A stretch of DNA of 64,000 bases from a virus, in the IMG/VR virus record IMGVR_UViG_3300000115_000007, positions 27,664 through 91,663 of that record, one strand, 5' to 3'. Under the pieces are notes generated by a model that was not told the DNA's origin, ran no database searches, and saw only the letters and a list, made by a program, of their open reading frames with translations. This document shows positions 27,927-37,828 of this stretch, in pieces; positions within the stretch are counted from its first letter, which is position 1; every line of letters starts with the position of its first letter. The position numbers were made by a program, and so were the translations under genes.

Positions 27927-29339
27927 ATGACAGCTGTCGTTACCGATAATTTAAAACATAGTATTCTAAAAACTTTACTAGCAGATTACAATAGTCCTAG
28001 TAGTGAGTTTTATATTGGTTTGTCTCGATCTGAATATTGGGATAGTAATGACGTTGCTATTAATCCAGTAAATTCAAAACATGACATTGTAGATTTTAAG
28101 TCTCGATTGCAAGCAGTAAAACAGGTTGAAGCCGCCAGTTTTGTCGTGCCTCGACAGGACTGGACATATGGTGTAATTTATCCTCAGTGGGATGATAGAA
28201 GATCTGGAACCTTAAGTTTAAGTAGACGATACTACGTATTAACTGATAACTATGGAGTATATATTTGTTTAAGAACTGGTAAAAATAAAGCAGGTGTTAC
28301 ACAACCATCTCTTGTAAAACCATCATTAGCTAATATTGATCCGTTTGAAACATCTGATGGATATGTATGGAAATTTTTATACACTGTTAGCGCATTAAAA
28401 GCTAATTACTTTTTATCATCACAATATATGCCTGTTCATAGACAAGAAACTGCGCCAGATTCTAACTCGACCGGCATTGAAATTAAACAATGGGAAATTC
28501 AAAGTAACGCGGTTCCAGGTAGGATTACCTCATTTGCTATGACAAACGAAGGCTCTGGTTACGGTACAGCTGGTCAATTTCCTACTATTAGTGTTGTAGG
28601 CAACGGCGCACTTCGTTTTCCAGGGGCAGGAGATTCTGCAAATTTAGTTTTAAGTTCAGTTATAGATTCAGACACTGGTAGAATTACGGCTATTAAGACA
28701 GATCCTATCGGAACTACATTAAATTATTTAGATAGCTACACTGTAGCAACTGTAACGTTAGCCGGTGGTGGCGGTGATAGCGCGCAGGCTCGACCAATAA
28801 TTGGCCCCACTCCTGGATTTGGATTTGATCCAGTAGTTGACTTAAAAGCAGATGCGTTAATGTTTAGGAGCAAAATTTTAGAAACTGATAATGATTTTAT
28901 TTTATCACAAGACTTTAGGCAAATAGGTCTTATCAAAGATCCACTGGCTGGCGATTCAACCGGGCAATATCGTGCTTTAACTGGAATTGCAACACATCAT
29001 ATGAAATTATCTCAAAAAACTGTTCCATTTAGTAAAGATAAAGTTATTGAAGGAGTTAGCTCCGGAGCTAAAGGATACATTGACAATTTTGATTCAAGTA
29101 TTGCCCTTGGAGCTAGAATATTTTATCACCAATCGCCCGAAACTGGATTTAGAGACTTTTTAGCAAACGAAACAATTCAGGAAATTGACGGTAATGGTGA
29201 AGGAACAATCGGAGATTCTGCAAATGTGCCTGGCGAAGTAGATAAATTTAGTGGTGATGTGCTGTATTTAGATAATAGAACTGCTGTTCAACGCACTAGT
29301 AATCAATCTGAAGATATTAAAGTAATAATCCAATTATAA
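27927..29339 (+). CDS. gp8: baseplate wedge subunit
   Basis: VVPRQDW, YYVLTD...VYICL, DGYVWKFLY, DFRQIGLIKDP, SGDVLYLDNR...R...QSEDIKVIIQL. Confidence 0.9.
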   Translation: MTAVVTDNLKHSILKTLLADYNSPSSEFYIGLSRSEYWDSNDVAINPVNSKHDIVDFKSRLQAVKQVEAASFVVPRQDWTYGVIYPQWDDRRSGTLSLSRRYYVLTDNYGVYICLRTGKNKAGVTQPSLVKPSLANIDPFETSDGYVWKFLYTVSALKANYFLSSQYMPVHRQETAPDSNSTGIEIKQWEIQSNAVPGRITSFAMTNEGSGYGTAGQFPTISVVGNGALRFPGAGDSANLVLSSVIDSDTGRITAIKTDPIGTTLNYLDSYTVATVTLAGGGGDSAQARPIIGPTPGFGFDPVVDLKADALMFRSKILETDNDFILSQDFRQIGLIKDPLAGDSTGQYRALTGIATHHMKLSQKTVPFSKDKVIEGVSSGAKGYIDNFDSSIALGARIFYHQSPETGFRDFLANETIQEIDGNGEGTIGDSANVPGEVDKFSGDVLYLDNRTAVQRTSNQSEDIKVIIQL

Positions 29340-29354
29340 GAGTAGAGTAATAAT

Positions 29355-32300
29355 ATGACAACAACATTCTCAGAAAACTTAATGAGTTCTACCTATAAGG
29401 ATGATTTTTCCGATAGTGCGGGTTTTAAAAGAATTCTTTTTAATCCGCGACGAGCTCTGCAAGCCCGGGAATTAACTCAATCTCAAACTATTATTCAAAA
29501 AGATATCGAGCGATTTGGTAGAAATATCTTTAAAGATGGCGCTATGGTTAATCCCGGCGGAGTTACCATTAATTCTGGTATTGAATTTATTAAACTAGAT
29601 CCTACAGATAATAATACTCCAGACTCCTTCCCTAATGCTTCGGAATTAGAAGGTTTAACTTTTACCGGATCAACTTCCGGAGTAACAGCACGAATTATTC
29701 AAGTAGTAGATGGAGTAGCCGGCGATTTAACAAACAATCCGCCTACTCTTTATATAATATATACCGGATCAGGTAGTATTACTCCAACAACTAGTGCGAT
29801 AAAATTTACTCCAGGTGAAACTATCACTAGCGGTACAATATCATATGTAACTCAAACAACTAATACTACTGGTAATCCAGCTATTGGCACTGGTATCCGA
29901 GTATCTATTGCAAGCGGTGATTATTTTACTCAAGGATTTTTCTGCAACTCAAAATCTCAATCATTAATGGTTTCAAAATACTCCAGTGACTATACCGGTG
30001 TTATTGGTTTTAAAGTTGTACAAGAAATAGTTTCTGCTAGCGATGATGATGCATTATTTGATAATCAAGGAGCGTTTCCAAATGTAGCGGCTCCAGGAGC
30101 CGATAGATTTAGAATAACTTTATCTATTATTGATCAAGCAAATATAACTTCCCTTGATACTTTTATATTTGTAGCTAATATCGTAAAGTCTCAAATAGTT
30201 GAACAGGCTACAGGTTTTAATCAATATAATAAAATTAATGATATGGTGGCTCAAAGAACTGCTGAAGAATCCGGTGATTATTTAGTAAATCCATATTTTA
30301 TGACATACGATTCAGCTAGTTCACTTACTTTAAATGCAGTATTAAGTCCAGGAAAAGCATATGTAAATGGTCACAGAATAAATCATCCAGTACAAACTGA
30401 ATTAACTGTTAATAAAGCATTAACAACGAATCTAGACGTGTTGCCGGCAGGATCGGTTTTACCTAATTCATCTATTGCGGTTGAATACGGTAGCTATGTA
30501 ATAGTATCAGCCATTGAAGGGGCTTTGCCACTGGATGGCAATGGCACAAAAACAACATATCCTTTGGTAGAAATTCATAATAACACAACACCAAGTGGTG
30601 CTGGAACTACAATCGGAACGTGTAGAATTAGACACATAGATCAACTAGGATCAAATTATCGTCTATTTATTTTTGATGTTAACGTGACTTCATCATTTAG
30701 AAATGCTAAAACCCTAGTATTTGGCTCAGATGATACACACTTTGCAACTCTTGTATTAGAAAGTTCAGTCGCGGTTCTGAAAGAAGCAAGTGAAAACAAT
30801 TTATTATTCCCGCTTCCAGTAAATCGGCCTAAAGCTATTACGAATATGTCCTTTTCAGCCCAAAGAAAATATACTGGAACAGCTTCTGGTGCGGGTTCAA
30901 TAGTCTTTACTTCTCCGGCAGCAGGTGAAACATTTTCAAACGCAAACGACTGGGTGGTAATGTCAAATGGTGTTAAACTTGCAGATTCAGCATGGGGAAT
31001 ATCAGCTGGTGGCGTAGCCACGCAATCGGTTACTATATCTGGATCAGGCATTAGCGCTGGTCATGCAGTTGAAGCTATTGTTTATATACAACAAAGTGCG
31101 GTTATTAGAACTAAAACTATTACACCAGTTACATCTACAATTGCAATTGATGGATCAACCTTTATTGCTCCTCTTGGCAAAAATGACATAATAGAAATGG
31201 TTACTATTAGAGAAGGAACATCGGGCGGAGATGATGTTTCAGATCAATTTACTTTTGATAATGGTCAAAGAGATGCATTTTACGGCCAAGGGCAATTAAT
31301 TAGAAAATCTACTAGTAGTTTAACAGGTAACCTCTATGTAGAATTTACTCATTATTCACATTCATCTGGAAATTGCTTTGCTGTCAATTCATACCCCGCA
31401 CCATATGGTTCTATTCCATCGCATAGACTAAGAGATGGAAGCATAATTGAATTAAGAGATGTCCTTGATTTTAGATCGGCCAAAAAAGCTGATGGAACAT
31501 TTGATGATGCAGGTGGGGCAGCTGGAGGTGTACTAAGTGAATTACCTCAAAATGATACAATCATTATAGCAAAAGTTGAACACTTTCTTCCAAGGCAAGA
31601 TAGGATTGTTGTTGGAGAAGATGGTGTAATTAAAAATTTAGAAGGCGTGTCAAGTATTTTACCTAAACTTCCGTACTTACCACCAAAACATTTAGAACTA
31701 TATAGAGCATCATTAAATGGTGGAACAACTTCGATAAGTGATATGACCGTCCAGTATATGGAAAATAAAGGTTATACCATGAAAGATATTGGTAAAATTG
31801 ATAAGCGGGTCGATCTTCTTGAAGAAACTGTTGCACTAAGCTTGCTTGAATTAGATACTAATCAACTAGAAGTACTTGATGACAACGGTAATAATAGAAC
31901 TAAATCTGGTTTCTTAGTTGATAACTTTAAAGATCAGTTTCATTCTGATACATCAAATGATGAATATAAAGCATCTATTAATCCTAAAACTATGACATTA
32001 CATCCTGCATTTACTGAAGCCAATGTAGGTATGATTTATGATGATGCTGCTTCAACAAATACAGTTCTTAAAGGCGATAATGTGTATCTTGCACATACGC
32101 ATTCAGCATATATAAGTCAAAGTAAAGTATCAAGAACTGAAAATGTTAACCCATTTATGATTTCTTCATATACGGGCTCTATAACGCTTTCTCCTCAGTC
32201 AGATGAATGGAAAGTAGATAGACAAGCCGCAGCAAAAATTATTGATGGCGGTACTAGATTAAATACTAATCAAGCACAATTGCACGATCAATCTGAATGG

Positions 32301-34592
32301 GGTTGGTTAGGAACTGATATTAATGGTCTACAAATTGGTGATCAAACCTCGGCAATTGCTGGCACACAACAAACTAGTACATCGTTTTTCTCTCAAAATA
32401 CAAACGACTGGATAACTTCTGGATTTGATAGAACAACATCAGCCATTGTAAATAGAGTCGTAGCGTCTGAAACAATAAGAACGAGCTTAGGATCTAAAAT
32501 AATTGATATTGCTCTTATTCCCTTTATGAGAAGCCGCCGTGTTTTCTTTGAAGCTGTTGGTATAAGACCAAATGCTCAAATGTTTGCTTACTTAAATGGT
32601 AGAAAAATTAATGACTTTGTAAGATCTGAAAACTTTTCTCGGATTAATAGCGGAAGAGTTGAGTATGAAAGTCCAAACTTATTGACAGCACATCCAGCTG
32701 GTGCAAGTTCCCTTATTTCTTCCGGGGCCGGAACCTTATCTGGGTCATTTTTTATCCCTCATAATAGTACTACTAAGTTTAGATCTGGAAATGCTGAATT
32801 TAAATTGCTTGACGTAACTGAGACCGTCGAAAACGGAGGGGTGCCAGGATCTTCTGCTGTCGCTACATATCAATCCGCCGGCCATATTCAAACATGGCAA
32901 GAAGAAATATTATCGACTAGACACCTTACAGTTGTAGGAACCCGCGTTACCACAGGATCGAGCCGAGTAATAACTAGGAGAGAAGCGAGCGATAGCCGCG
33001 AGTCTCAAAGAAATGATCCATTAGCACAATCATTTTTTATAACTAACCCAGATGGCGTTTACACAACAAAGGTAGATCTCTTCTTTAAAACTAAAGATTC
33101 TACTTTACCAGTATGGATTGAGTTACGGCCGTTAGTGAATGGTTATCCAGCGTCAAATACTATTGTTCCAGGCTCAAGAAAATATTTAACTCCTTCAGCT
33201 GTTAGCATTTCAGATGATGCTAGTATACCAACAACATTTGAATTTGATGAACCAATTTTTCTAAGTGGTAATACTGAATATGCGGTTGTATGTATAACTG
33301 ATAACACTAGTTATAATTTATGGACTTCATTTATGGGTGATTTTGAATTAGGATCGACATCGGCAAGAATTACAAAACAACCTTTCCTAGGATCTTTCTT
33401 TAAATCTCAGAATGGTACAACATGGGAAGCGTCTCAAGAACAAGATATGAAATTTGTTTTGTACAGAGCAGTGTTTTCTTCGTTAACGGGTGAAGTTTAT
33501 CTTAAAAATGCAGATCTGCCTTTAGCTCATTTATCGGCTAATCCTATTGTTACAACTGCCGGATCAGCATCCGTAAGAGTTATGCATAAAAATCATAACT
33601 TATTTGTCGGTGATAAAGTTACTCTTGCTGGAGCTGGCACATCAGCAATTGGGACAATCACACAGTCGCAAATTAATACAACACATACTATTACGCATAT
33701 TGATCCAACTGGGTATAAATTTACATGTGCTGGAGTAACAGCCGGTAATGTTACTGCCGCTAAAGGCGGTGATGGAGCAATGACTGCAACTAAAAACATT
33801 CAGGGTAATACTGTTCATCCTATTGTTCAAACATTAGCTCCTTCAAATACTTCAATAACGGCATCTGGGAAATTCTATAGCGGATATTCGTCTGTCGCAC
33901 TCGAAACTCCTTATCAAGCTCCGGTTGATCCACAAGGTAACGCATTAGGATATAGCTCAATAGCGCTTAATCAAAAGAATTTCTTTGATAATCCTATTAT
34001 GGTTGCTTCAGCAACAAAAGAAGATGATACTTTAGCAAATGGTGGCTTAGCTGGTATCGATACTGCATCAATAAAAGTAGCCTATACAACTGCAAGCGAT
34101 TTTGTGTCGCCTGTTATTGATTTACAAAGATGTTCTATTGTATTGACAAAAAATGAAATTGATAGACCAATTGGATCGACTACTGCTGGTTATAATGTCG
34201 TATTTGATTATGCAGCAGAAACTACGCCGTTTAGTGGTAGTGCATTATCTAAACATATCACAAAGCCAATAACATTAGTTAATACTGCTGTTGGTTTAAA
34301 ACTACTTCTTGCTGCTAATAGGCCTGCTGGTTCACTTATTGATATTTACTATAAAACCGGAACTGAAGATACTGAATTATCTTCAACAAACTGGACCTTA
34401 GCTTCAATTGATACCCCGGTGTCTATTTCAGATAATCCATCAGTTTATAAAGAGTACAGTTATTTAATTGGTGGGGATACTGGTACTATTGAAGCATTTA
34501 CTACTTTTCAAATAAAAATTGTATTTTATGCAAATAACTCTTCAAAGGTTCCAACAGTTAAAGATTTGAGAGTCATTGCATTAGGTGTATAA
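29355..34592 (+). CDS. large virion structural protein (VrlC/DUF4815-like)
   Basis: RILF.P...LQARELTQ.Q, APGADRF, YTMKDIGKIDKRV, KSGFLVDNF, DPLAQSF, GSFFKSQNGTTW...Q.QDMKF, VKDLRVIAL. Confidence 0.85.
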   Translation: MTTTFSENLMSSTYKDDFSDSAGFKRILFNPRRALQARELTQSQTIIQKDIERFGRNIFKDGAMVNPGGVTINSGIEFIKLDPTDNNTPDSFPNASELEGLTFTGSTSGVTARIIQVVDGVAGDLTNNPPTLYIIYTGSGSITPTTSAIKFTPGETITSGTISYVTQTTNTTGNPAIGTGIRVSIASGDYFTQGFFCNSKSQSLMVSKYSSDYTGVIGFKVVQEIVSASDDDALFDNQGAFPNVAAPGADRFRITLSIIDQANITSLDTFIFVANIVKSQIVEQATGFNQYNKINDMVAQRTAEESGDYLVNPYFMTYDSASSLTLNAVLSPGKAYVNGHRINHPVQTELTVNKALTTNLDVLPAGSVLPNSSIAVEYGSYVIVSAIEGALPLDGNGTKTTYPLVEIHNNTTPSGAGTTIGTCRIRHIDQLGSNYRLFIFDVNVTSSFRNAKTLVFGSDDTHFATLVLESSVAVLKEASENNLLFPLPVNRPKAITNMSFSAQRKYTGTASGAGSIVFTSPAAGETFSNANDWVVMSNGVKLADSAWGISAGGVATQSVTISGSGISAGHAVEAIVYIQQSAVIRTKTITPVTSTIAIDGSTFIAPLGKNDIIEMVTIREGTSGGDDVSDQFTFDNGQRDAFYGQGQLIRKSTSSLTGNLYVEFTHYSHSSGNCFAVNSYPAPYGSIPSHRLRDGSIIELRDVLDFRSAKKADGTFDDAGGAAGGVLSELPQNDTIIIAKVEHFLPRQDRIVVGEDGVIKNLEGVSSILPKLPYLPPKHLELYRASLNGGTTSISDMTVQYMENKGYTMKDIGKIDKRVDLLEETVALSLLELDTNQLEVLDDNGNNRTKSGFLVDNFKDQFHSDTSNDEYKASINPKTMTLHPAFTEANVGMIYDDAASTNTVLKGDNVYLAHTHSAYISQSKVSRTENVNPFMISSYTGSITLSPQSDEWKVDRQAAAKIIDGGTRLNTNQAQLHDQSEWGWLGTDINGLQIGDQTSAIAGTQQTSTSFFSQNTNDWITSGFDRTTSAIVNRVVASETIRTSLGSKIIDIALIPFMRSRRVFFEAVGIRPNAQMFAYLNGRKINDFVRSENFSRINSGRVEYESPNLLTAHPAGASSLISSGAGTLSGSFFIPHNSTTKFRSGNAEFKLLDVTETVENGGVPGSSAVATYQSAGHIQTWQEEILSTRHLTVVGTRVTTGSSRVITRREASDSRESQRNDPLAQSFFITNPDGVYTTKVDLFFKTKDSTLPVWIELRPLVNGYPASNTIVPGSRKYLTPSAVSISDDASIPTTFEFDEPIFLSGNTEYAVVCITDNTSYNLWTSFMGDFELGSTSARITKQPFLGSFFKSQNGTTWEASQEQDMKFVLYRAVFSSLTGEVYLKNADLPLAHLSANPIVTTAGSASVRVMHKNHNLFVGDKVTLAGAGTSAIGTITQSQINTTHTITHIDPTGYKFTCAGVTAGNVTAAKGGDGAMTATKNIQGNTVHPIVQTLAPSNTSITASGKFYSGYSSVALETPYQAPVDPQGNALGYSSIALNQKNFFDNPIMVASATKEDDTLANGGLAGIDTASIKVAYTTASDFVSPVIDLQRCSIVLTKNEIDRPIGSTTAGYNVVFDYAAETTPFSGSALSKHITKPITLVNTAVGLKLLLAANRPAGSLIDIYYKTGTEDTELSSTNWTLASIDTPVSISDNPSVYKEYSYLIGGDTGTIEAFTTFQIKIVFYANNSSKVPTVKDLRVIALGV

Positions 34593-34593
34593 C

Positions 34594-34818
34594 ATGAAAA
34601 GACAATATATACAAATCGAAGGTCAATCGGCATTAGTAAAAGACATTAGTTCGGGGGCTATTTTAAACGTCAACAACGAGTCTATAAATAAGGCTAGAAA
34701 TAGAAAAATTAGAGAAGCTGAAAAAGAAAAAGAACTTGTTGAATTAAAAAATGACGTAAGCGAGATAAAAAAAATGTTATCAGCATTAACAAAGAAAATG
34801 GTAGATCAAAATGGCTAG
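34594..34818 (+). CDS. conserved small protein following VrlC-like gene
   Basis: LVKD..SGAILN ... LKNDVSEIK.ML coiled-coil; contains TATAAATA at 34683-34690. Confidence 0.72.
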   Translation: MKRQYIQIEGQSALVKDISSGAILNVNNESINKARNRKIREAEKEKELVELKNDVSEIKKMLSALTKKMVDQNG

Positions 34819-36256
34819 ACAAGTATACGTAGGTTTAAGTGACACGATTAATACTTTTAGAGTGAAAACTAATAATATTGCTGCTCAAATTGGAGATTTA
34901 GATAATCTTAGCACTGAATATGCTGGTCACGATTCAGACATAGTACAAGCTTTAAATTTTAGTAAAGATGTACGTCGTGCTTACACCGCATCAAACGGTA
35001 TTAAAAAAGTCAGCCTTAGCGGAATTATTACTGGTGACTCAAGCGGGACATTTTCGGTATCGGCAGGACACGGTCTTACTCAACTTGATAGTGGACTTGA
35101 GTTAACAGATATGGCAGGAAACACTGTTAAAGTACGAGATGCTGCCACTACCGGTAGATCAACGGATAAAGTAGTTACTAACGAGCAAATTTTAATCGGT
35201 GATGGAACTGGTTTCACATCTGCTCCTTTATCTCAAGATGTTCTTATGACAAATGCTGGTGTTGTAACAATTCAACCTGACGTTGTGACTAATACTAAGC
35301 TAGCTAATATGCCAGCAGTAACGATGAAAGTAAATGCAACAGGTTCAGTCGCTGATCCACAAGATTTGGCACTTGGAAATCATACTATTGTTGGTAGATT
35401 AGGTACAGGTGATATTAGTACGTTAACAGTTGGTACAAGCACAGTAATTGGTCGTACAACATCTGGTGATATCATAGCAGCTCAGGCCGCAACAGATCAA
35501 ATAGCTGATGATGCTGTGACTAATGCTAAGCTTGCTAATATGCCAGCAAATTCAGTAAAAGTTGGAAATAGTTCTTCAGCAGCAGATCCTTCAGATATCA
35601 CAGTAGCAGACACTCAAATTCTAATTGGTGATGGTGATGGATTTACCGCTGCAGCATTATCTGGTCATGTTACTATGACAAATGCTGGTGCGTGTACGGT
35701 TTCTGGAGGCGAAGCCGATTTTGTAAAAGTTGATGAAAAAAATGACGATGTAAATTACCAAGTATTATTTAGCGATAATAATGGCTCAGGTTATCAAAGA
35801 CCTTATATTGATACTGATGATGGACATATGATGTACAATCCATCATCACAAACATTATCTGCCGGTACACTTGCTGGTAATGCTGCAACTGCAAACTTTG
35901 CGGATTTAGCTGAGAAATATACTACAAGTGAAGAGCATCCGGTTGGAACAGTGATGATGGCATCATATAATAAAACTGAAGAAACTACTCCTTGCACATC
36001 AAGCGGAATTCCAGTAGGCGTAGTTTCAGCTCAACCTGCTTATTTAATGAATGCAGATGCGCCAGGCCAAGCTTTAGGTCTTAAGGGAAGAGTTCCAGTA
36101 AGGGTTGTTGGCGGGGTTCATAAAGGTGATCCAGTGTATACGCATCATAATGGCTGTGCAAGTAAAGAATTTAATGGAGCTATGATGGTAGGTGTAGCTT
36201 TAGAATCGTCTACTGTAGATGAAGAAAAATTGATAGAATGTGTCCTTAAAGTGTAA
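34811..36256 (+). CDS. tail fibre-like protein with C-terminal autocleaving chaperone (peptidase G2-like) domain
   Basis: SDTINTFRVKTN N-terminus, VTNxKLANMPA repeats, ADLAEKY...GVVS.QPAYLMN...LKGRVPVRV.G...KGD. Confidence 0.75.
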   Translation: MARQVYVGLSDTINTFRVKTNNIAAQIGDLDNLSTEYAGHDSDIVQALNFSKDVRRAYTASNGIKKVSLSGIITGDSSGTFSVSAGHGLTQLDSGLELTDMAGNTVKVRDAATTGRSTDKVVTNEQILIGDGTGFTSAPLSQDVLMTNAGVVTIQPDVVTNTKLANMPAVTMKVNATGSVADPQDLALGNHTIVGRLGTGDISTLTVGTSTVIGRTTSGDIIAAQAATDQIADDAVTNAKLANMPANSVKVGNSSSAADPSDITVADTQILIGDGDGFTAAALSGHVTMTNAGACTVSGGEADFVKVDEKNDDVNYQVLFSDNNGSGYQRPYIDTDDGHMMYNPSSQTLSAGTLAGNAATANFADLAEKYTTSEEHPVGTVMMASYNKTEETTPCTSSGIPVGVVSAQPAYLMNADAPGQALGLKGRVPVRVVGGVHKGDPVYTHHNGCASKEFNGAMMVGVALESSTVDEEKLIECVLKV

Positions 36257-36263
36257 ATAACTG

Positions 36264-36292
36264 TTTACATTTAATTAAAAATAGTATATAAT
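36264..36292 (+). promoter_or_regulatory. sigma70-type promoter of the radical SAM/oxygenase cluster (predicted leaderless)
   Basis: TTTACA-N17-TATAAT; ATG at 36299 coincides with expected +1. Confidence 0.72.
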
Positions 36293-36298
36293 TAAATT

Positions 36299-36826
36299 AT
36301 GATTAATAAATCTCAACTCATATCTGCACTTACTGCAAACCATATGTATGAACAAAATATGGTTTATGCTATAGATGAACATGGTCGTGAACAGCTAATT
36401 ACTAGCTTTAGCGATTTTTGTAAAGTGCAAAAACAAAACCATTCTATAAAAATCGAACGTATGGAAAACTTTAATTCAACAATATATGAATATTGTTGGA
36501 AAATAAAAACTGATTGGAAACATGAACAACATGTAACATGTCATTTATTTTTTGCGGGTGCTGGTTCTTATTCTTTTGATATGCATACCGATCCAGATGA
36601 TGTAGTTATATATTGCTGTGAAGGATCTAAGTCTTTAATAATTGATGATAAGCCAGTGACTATTATTCAAGGAGAATATATACATATACCAGCTTATACA
36701 CCTCATCAAGCATTAAATAAAGATGAAGCATTAACTTTAAGCTTTGGTTTAGAAAATTATACAGAGGATAAAATTAATAATGAACTGGCTGATGTATCTC
36801 AAAACAACAGAAACATGTCAGCTTAA
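36299..36826 (+). CDS. JmjC/cupin Fe(II)/2OG oxygenase (ribosomal oxygenase-like)
   Basis: SFDMHTDPDDV...EGSK...IHIPAYTPHQA (HxD...H). Confidence 0.78.
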   Translation: MINKSQLISALTANHMYEQNMVYAIDEHGREQLITSFSDFCKVQKQNHSIKIERMENFNSTIYEYCWKIKTDWKHEQHVTCHLFFAGAGSYSFDMHTDPDDVVIYCCEGSKSLIIDDKPVTIIQGEYIHIPAYTPHQALNKDEALTLSFGLENYTEDKINNELADVSQNNRNMSA

Positions 36827-37799
36827 TTGTGCGCATTGTTTTACAAGCGGAAGAAGCGGTCAAAAGATTTATTGGAATACTGATAAGCTAGTTGACTGGA
36901 TTCATAGATTTAGAAAAGAAAAACCTGCAGCACAAGATTCTATACATATGGAATTTCATGGCGGTGAACCGTTTCTTGTGCCGGTTGGCCAAATGCGAAA
37001 GGTATATGATGCATGTGATGGTTTATGGGATCAAATGTCGTGGGGTGCCACAACTAATTTAGTTTTTAAATTAAAAGATCAGCATATGGATTTTATTAAA
37101 GGTCCTCTTGGAAATAGACTTGGCACATCGTGGGATCGTAAGATTCGATTTGAAAATAAAAACCAATATAATCTTTGGCATAAAAATGTTAAAACACTTT
37201 TGGCAGATGGTGTTACTATTCGTTTGTTTATTAGTCTTACAAAAGATACACTTGCAAAAGATCCTATAGTATTATTAAGATGGTGCCGCCGACTTGGTGT
37301 ACAAGAAGTTTCACTGGAAAGACTAACTAATAATGGTAGTGCCCGAGAAGCATCAGAAATATTTCCAAGCAATAAAGAACTTGATGAATATTTTTTAAAA
37401 ATGCACATGCAAAGTGAAGAGCACGGAGCACGAGATTGGTTTGAAAACGACTTTCTAGAAAATGTATATGCTAAGTTTGAAAAGACTATGACTACGTGTG
37501 GAACATTTTGTAGAGATTGTGAACAAAAACTATTTACTATAAATGGTGATGGAACTATTGCAGGATGTCCAAACAGCGCGCCAGAACAAGCCTTTGGAAG
37601 TTTAGACGATTCAATTGATACATTGTTAAAAAGTCCAAAAAGAATTCGTACTATATTAGAAGAAAAAATGCGTAATCCTAATTGTTTATCTTGCCCTGTA
37701 TCTAGATTTTGTGGCGGTGATTGTCATCAATTAGGATGGGATGGAGATATTTGTGGCGCGCCAAAAAGTTTAATGATGGAACTCGCAAAACATGTATAA
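36780..37799 (+). CDS. radical SAM / SPASM-domain protein
   Basis: CQLNCAHC, FHGGEPFL, C-terminal C..C...GCPN...CLSC....FCGGDC....C. Confidence 0.92.
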   Translation: MNWLMYLKTTETCQLNCAHCFTSGRSGQKIYWNTDKLVDWIHRFRKEKPAAQDSIHMEFHGGEPFLVPVGQMRKVYDACDGLWDQMSWGATTNLVFKLKDQHMDFIKGPLGNRLGTSWDRKIRFENKNQYNLWHKNVKTLLADGVTIRLFISLTKDTLAKDPIVLLRWCRRLGVQEVSLERLTNNGSAREASEIFPSNKELDEYFLKMHMQSEEHGARDWFENDFLENVYAKFEKTMTTCGTFCRDCEQKLFTINGDGTIAGCPNSAPEQAFGSLDDSIDTLLKSPKRIRTILEEKMRNPNCLSCPVSRFCGGDCHQLGWDGDICGAPKSLMMELAKHV

Positions 37800-37802
37800 A
37801 TA
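37795..37802 (+). promoter_or_regulatory. T4-type late promoter inside the cluster
   Basis: TATAAATA ending 26 nt upstream of ATG 37829. Confidence 0.7.
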
Positions 37803-37828
37803 CACCTATATAACGAAAGAGAAATGAA

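Noticed and set aside
36229-36257. Divergent minus-strand promoter using TTTACA at 36257-36252
   Set aside because: No acceptable -10 at 17-bp spacing (ATCAAT).
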